Assembly: GCA_963727505.1 (NCBI GenBank) | Contig: CAVSGP010000009.1 | Location: forward strand, 576,001-640,000 | DNA from: an uncultured Trueperaceae bacterium | Lineage (GTDB): Bacteria; Deinococcota; Deinococci; Deinococcales; Trueperaceae | Direction: 5' to 3' | Length of the DNA stretch: 64,000 nucleotides | In this document: piece after piece, positions 60,766 through 64,000 of the stretch | Position numbering within the stretch: position 1 is the first letter of the stretch | How the letters are laid out: each line of letters begins with the position of its first letter | Program-made: the position numbers and the translations under genes | Notes under the pieces: model-generated | What the model was told of the DNA's origin: nothing | The model's input: the letters and a program-made list of their open reading frames with translations, nothing else | The model's database searches: none

Positions 60766-62031
60766 GTGAGCGTACCTAGCGATGACCTGAGGGTCGCTTT
60801 CGAGGCGGGCATCCGCGCCGCCGACCCCGAGGTCGGCGTGCGGGCGCACCTTCCCGACCCGCCGCGCGGACGGCTGCTGGTGGTCGGTGCGGGGAAGGCG
60901 GCGGCCGCGATGGCCCGCGCCGTCGAAGACCGCTACCCCGAGACCGTGGCCCTGGAAGGCCTCGTGATCACGCGTTACGGGCACGGTCTACCGACCCGCC
61001 GGATCGACGTGGTCGAGGCAGCGCATCCCGTGCCCGACGATGCCGGCGCGGCCGCGACCGAGCGTATCTTGCGGCTGCTCGCCGGCGCCGGGGAGGACGA
61101 TCTGGTGCTGTGCCTGATCTCGGGCGGCGGCTCGGCCCTGCTCACTGCGCCCGACGGGCTGGGATTGCCCGAGCTGGCGCAGTTGACCGAGGCGCTGCTG
61201 CGCTCGGGCGCCGACATCACCGAGATGAACGCCGTACGCAAACATCTGTCGCGTGTCAAGGGAGGCCGCCTGGCGCTGGCCGCGGCCCCTGCGCCGGTGC
61301 TGGCGCTGCTCGTTTCTGACGTGGTGGGCGACGACCCGTCGGTCATCGCCAGCGGGCCGACCGCGGCGGACGGCAGCCGCTACGCCGACGCGCTGGCGGT
61401 GCTCGAGCGCTACGGCATCGATCATGCCGCGGCCCGGGCCGTACTGGAGGCCGGGGTACGCGGCGAGCGCGAGGAGACTCCGAGCCCCGGCGACCCCCGG
61501 CTCGAGCACGTCGTCAACGTGGTGATCGCTTCCGCCCAGACCGCGCTCGAAGCGGCGGCGGACGCACTCGCAGGGCGCGGATGGAGTGCGCACGTGCTCT
61601 CCGGTTCGATGACGGGGGAGGCGCGCGCCGTCGCGGGCGTGCACGCCGCCCTGGTGCGCCAGGTCCTGGCTCACGGCCAGCCGTTCGAGCGCCCGTGTGC
61701 GCTGCTGTCGGGCGGAGAGACCACGGTGACGGTGGTGGGGCGCGGGCGAGGGGGGCGCAACGGCGAGTTCGCCCTGGCCCTGGCCCTCGAGCTGCCCGAC
61801 GGCGCTCCGGTGTGGTGGCTCGCCGCGGATACCGATGGCATCGACGGCAGCGAGGACAACGCCGGCGCCCTGCTGGGGCCCGAACAGCGTGCACGCATGA
61901 ATCGCCCGGCGGCGCGCGACGCGCTCCGCCGGAACGATAGCTACGGGGTGCTGCGCGAGCTCGGCGCGCTCTTCGTCACCGGTCCGACGCGCACCAACGT
62001 CAACGACCTGCGCGTGATCCTGATCGAGTGA
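60766..62031 (+). CDS. Glycerate 2-kinase (MOFRL/TtuD family)
   Basis: GAGKAA, HPVPD, ISGGGSAL, KGG, SDVVGDD, GGETTV, GGRN, DTDGIDG, TNVNDL. Confidence 0.92.
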   Translation: MSVPSDDLRVAFEAGIRAADPEVGVRAHLPDPPRGRLLVVGAGKAAAAMARAVEDRYPETVALEGLVITRYGHGLPTRRIDVVEAAHPVPDDAGAAATERILRLLAGAGEDDLVLCLISGGGSALLTAPDGLGLPELAQLTEALLRSGADITEMNAVRKHLSRVKGGRLALAAAPAPVLALLVSDVVGDDPSVIASGPTAADGSRYADALAVLERYGIDHAAARAVLEAGVRGEREETPSPGDPRLEHVVNVVIASAQTALEAAADALAGRGWSAHVLSGSMTGEARAVAGVHAALVRQVLAHGQPFERPCALLSGGETTVTVVGRGRGGRNGEFALALALELPDGAPVWWLAADTDGIDGSEDNAGALLGPEQRARMNRPAARDALRRNDSYGVLRELGALFVTGPTRTNVNDLRVILIE

Positions 62032-62062
62032 GCGGCGCACGCTCGGGTATGCTTTGGCCGGC

Positions 62063-63121
62063 ATGAGCCGCTTGCTCTCCAGCTCCGAACACGACGTCGC
62101 CCGGGCCGCGGAGGCACTCCGTCGCGGACAGCTGGTGGCGTTCCCCACCGAGACGGTCTACGGCCTGGGGGCGGCCGCCCGCGACCGCCGCGCGCTGGGC
62201 CGGCTCTACGCGGCCAAGGGCAGGCCGCTCGATCATCCGGTCATCGTCCACCTGCCGGCGGCGGACGCACTTGCGACCTGGGCGCGCGAGGTGCCGGACC
62301 AGGCGCTGCGCCTCGCCGCCGCGTTCTGGCCGGGACCGTTGACGCTGGTGTTGCCGAGGGCGGTCGGCGTGCCCGACGAGGTCACCGGCGGACAGGACAC
62401 GGTCGGGCTGCGGGTGCCCGACCACCCGCTCGCGCTCCGTCTGCTGCTGGCGTACGGCGATGGGGTCGCGGCGCCGTCGGCCAATCGCTTCGGCCGGATC
62501 AGTCCGACCACGGCACAGCACGTGGCCGAGGAGTTCGGCGAACTCGATGTGCTCGTGCTGGACGGGGGCTCCTGCCGCGTGGGTCTGGAGTCGACCATCG
62601 TGGACCTGAGTGGAGGCGTGGCCCGGCTGTTGCGGCCGGGCGGGGTGCACCGCCACGCGCTGGAAGAAGCGTTGGGCGAGCGGGTGGCGCTGGCGGACCA
62701 CCTGCTCGAGCGGGAGGCGCGACCGCCCCGGCGGGCGGTCGCGCCGGCGCCTGTCCCGGAACCGCGTGCGCCCGGCGGGCTGCCCCGGCACTACGCCCCC
62801 GCCACGCCGACCGAGCTGGTCGGAGCCGACGCTCTGGTGTCGCGCCGGGCGGAGCTCGGGTCGCGCGTCGCGGTGCTGGCCCGCCGGCCCCGGCCGAGCG
62901 GTCCGAGCGCGTGGTGGCTGGAGTTGCCGGCCGATCCGACGGGATACGCGCGCGGCCTGTACGCCGCGCTTCGGCAGCTCGATGCCAGCGGCTGCCGACG
63001 CATCCTCATCGAAGCCGTCCCCGAGGGGGACGACTGGCTCGCCGTGCGCGACCGCCTGCGGCGTGCCACGAGCACCGTCGACGCGCCCGGCAAGAGCCGG
63101 GAAGTGGAGGAGGGAGCATGA
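62063..63121 (+). CDS. sua5: L-threonylcarbamoyladenylate synthase (Sua5 type)
   Basis: [30 protein letters not shown], and a C-terminal SUA5 domain (PG..HYAP). Confidence 0.92.
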   Translation: MSRLLSSSEHDVARAAEALRRGQLVAFPTETVYGLGAAARDRRALGRLYAAKGRPLDHPVIVHLPAADALATWAREVPDQALRLAAAFWPGPLTLVLPRAVGVPDEVTGGQDTVGLRVPDHPLALRLLLAYGDGVAAPSANRFGRISPTTAQHVAEEFGELDVLVLDGGSCRVGLESTIVDLSGGVARLLRPGGVHRHALEEALGERVALADHLLEREARPPRRAVAPAPVPEPRAPGGLPRHYAPATPTELVGADALVSRRAELGSRVAVLARRPRPSGPSAWWLELPADPTGYARGLYAALRQLDASGCRRILIEAVPEGDDWLAVRDRLRRATSTVDAPGKSREVEEGA

Positions 63122-63651
63122 GCGATTCCTACCAGGCCCCGGGGGCGCTGCAGCCGCTGGTCGCCGTCGTCATGGGGAGCGCTAGCGATTGGGACACGAT
63201 GCGGCACGCCGACGCGGTGCTGACCGAGCTGGAGGTGCCGCACGCCTGCCTCGTGGTGTCGGCGCATCGCACGCCGGAACGCATGCGCACCTTCGCGCAC
63301 GGCGCGGCAGAGCGTGGCTTCGAGGTGATCATCGCGGGCGCCGGAGGTGCCGCCCACCTGCCCGGCATGGTGGCTGCGCAGACCCGGCTGCCGGTGCTGG
63401 GCGTGCCGGTGGAGAGCCGGGCGCTTCACGGGCTCGATTCGCTGCTGTCCATCGTGCAGATGCCGCGCGGAGTGCCGGTCGGCACCCTGGCGATCGGCGC
63501 CTCGGGCGCGGTCAACGCCGCGCTCATGGCGGTGTCGATTCTCGCGCTCACCCGACCGGAGCTGGCCCACCGCCTCGAGGCCTACCGGGACGCGCAAGCG
63601 GCCGGGGCCGAGGCGAGCCGCCTCCCGACCGACCACTACCTCCCCGAGTGA
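63118..63651 (+). CDS. purE: N5-CAIR mutase
   Basis: [33 protein letters not shown]. Confidence 0.96.
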   Translation: MSDSYQAPGALQPLVAVVMGSASDWDTMRHADAVLTELEVPHACLVVSAHRTPERMRTFAHGAAERGFEVIIAGAGGAAHLPGMVAAQTRLPVLGVPVESRALHGLDSLLSIVQMPRGVPVGTLAIGASGAVNAALMAVSILALTRPELAHRLEAYRDAQAAGAEASRLPTDHYLPE

Positions 63652-64000
63652 TGGCGGGTGCTCCGCTCCTGCCGGGAGCCACGATCGGCATGCTCGGCAG
63701 CGGCCAGCTCGGCCGCATGTTCACCGTCGCGGCACGCCGGATGGGCTATCACGTGCACGTGCTGTCGCCGGCGGCGGGTTCGCCTACCGGTCAGCTCGCC
63801 GACCGCGAGGTGGTCGCCCCCTACGACGATGCCGACGCGGTGGGGCGCTTCGCGTCCGGGGTGGACGTCGTCACGCTGGAGTTCGAGAACATCCCCAGCG
63901 CCTCGCTCGATGCCGCTGCAGCGCGGGCGCCGGTGCGGCCCGGTGTGTTCGCGCTCCACACCACCCAGCACCGTGCACGCGAGAAGCGCTTCCTGGCCAG
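63651..64000 (+). CDS. purK: N5-CAIR synthase (runs off the window end)
   Basis: Manual translation from ATG 63651: [23 protein letters not shown] ... VTLEFENIP; overlaps the purE stop. Confidence 0.93.
   Translation, partial: MAGAPLLPGATIGMLGSGQLGRMFTVAARRMGYHVHVLSPAAGSPTGQLADREVVAPYDDADAVGRFASGVDVVTLEFENIPSASLDAAAARAPVRPGVFALHTTQHRAREKRFLA

Overview
High-GC bacterial chromosomal segment, most consistent with Deinococcota (Trueperaceae-like). This rests on the yqeG-pilF/pilB-pilT synteny with a triple-MshEN PilB, a stand-alone tRNA-Ile(GAU), and many leaderless genes starting 6-7 nt after a TANNNT box. It holds about 66 CDSs. Most are housekeeping: ilvD (partial), leuCD-MTase-leuB, pilB/pilT, tatD, rlpA, trpBA, gluQ, sucCD, mog, lgt, carA, dtd, udg, recN, ispH, dusA, aroH, sua5, purE and purK (partial). 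There is an accessory transport region at about 11.4-20.4 kb, a sucrose-phosphate synthase/phosphatase plus GH32 cassette, and a two-component system linked to a secreted spondin_N protein with a Met-rich repeat insert. The best unannotated signals are two leaderless leader peptides (Leu-sensing before leuC, Trp-sensing before trpB with no intrinsic terminator) and matching 11-bp-period GTGA direct-repeat boxes before the response regulator and the spondin gene. Also notable are a C-terminally truncated GlmU, a hydrolase lacking its catalytic Ser, and a methyltransferase embedded in the leu operon. No CRISPR array, transposase or integrase was seen. All calls come from reading motifs by eye; no database searches were run.
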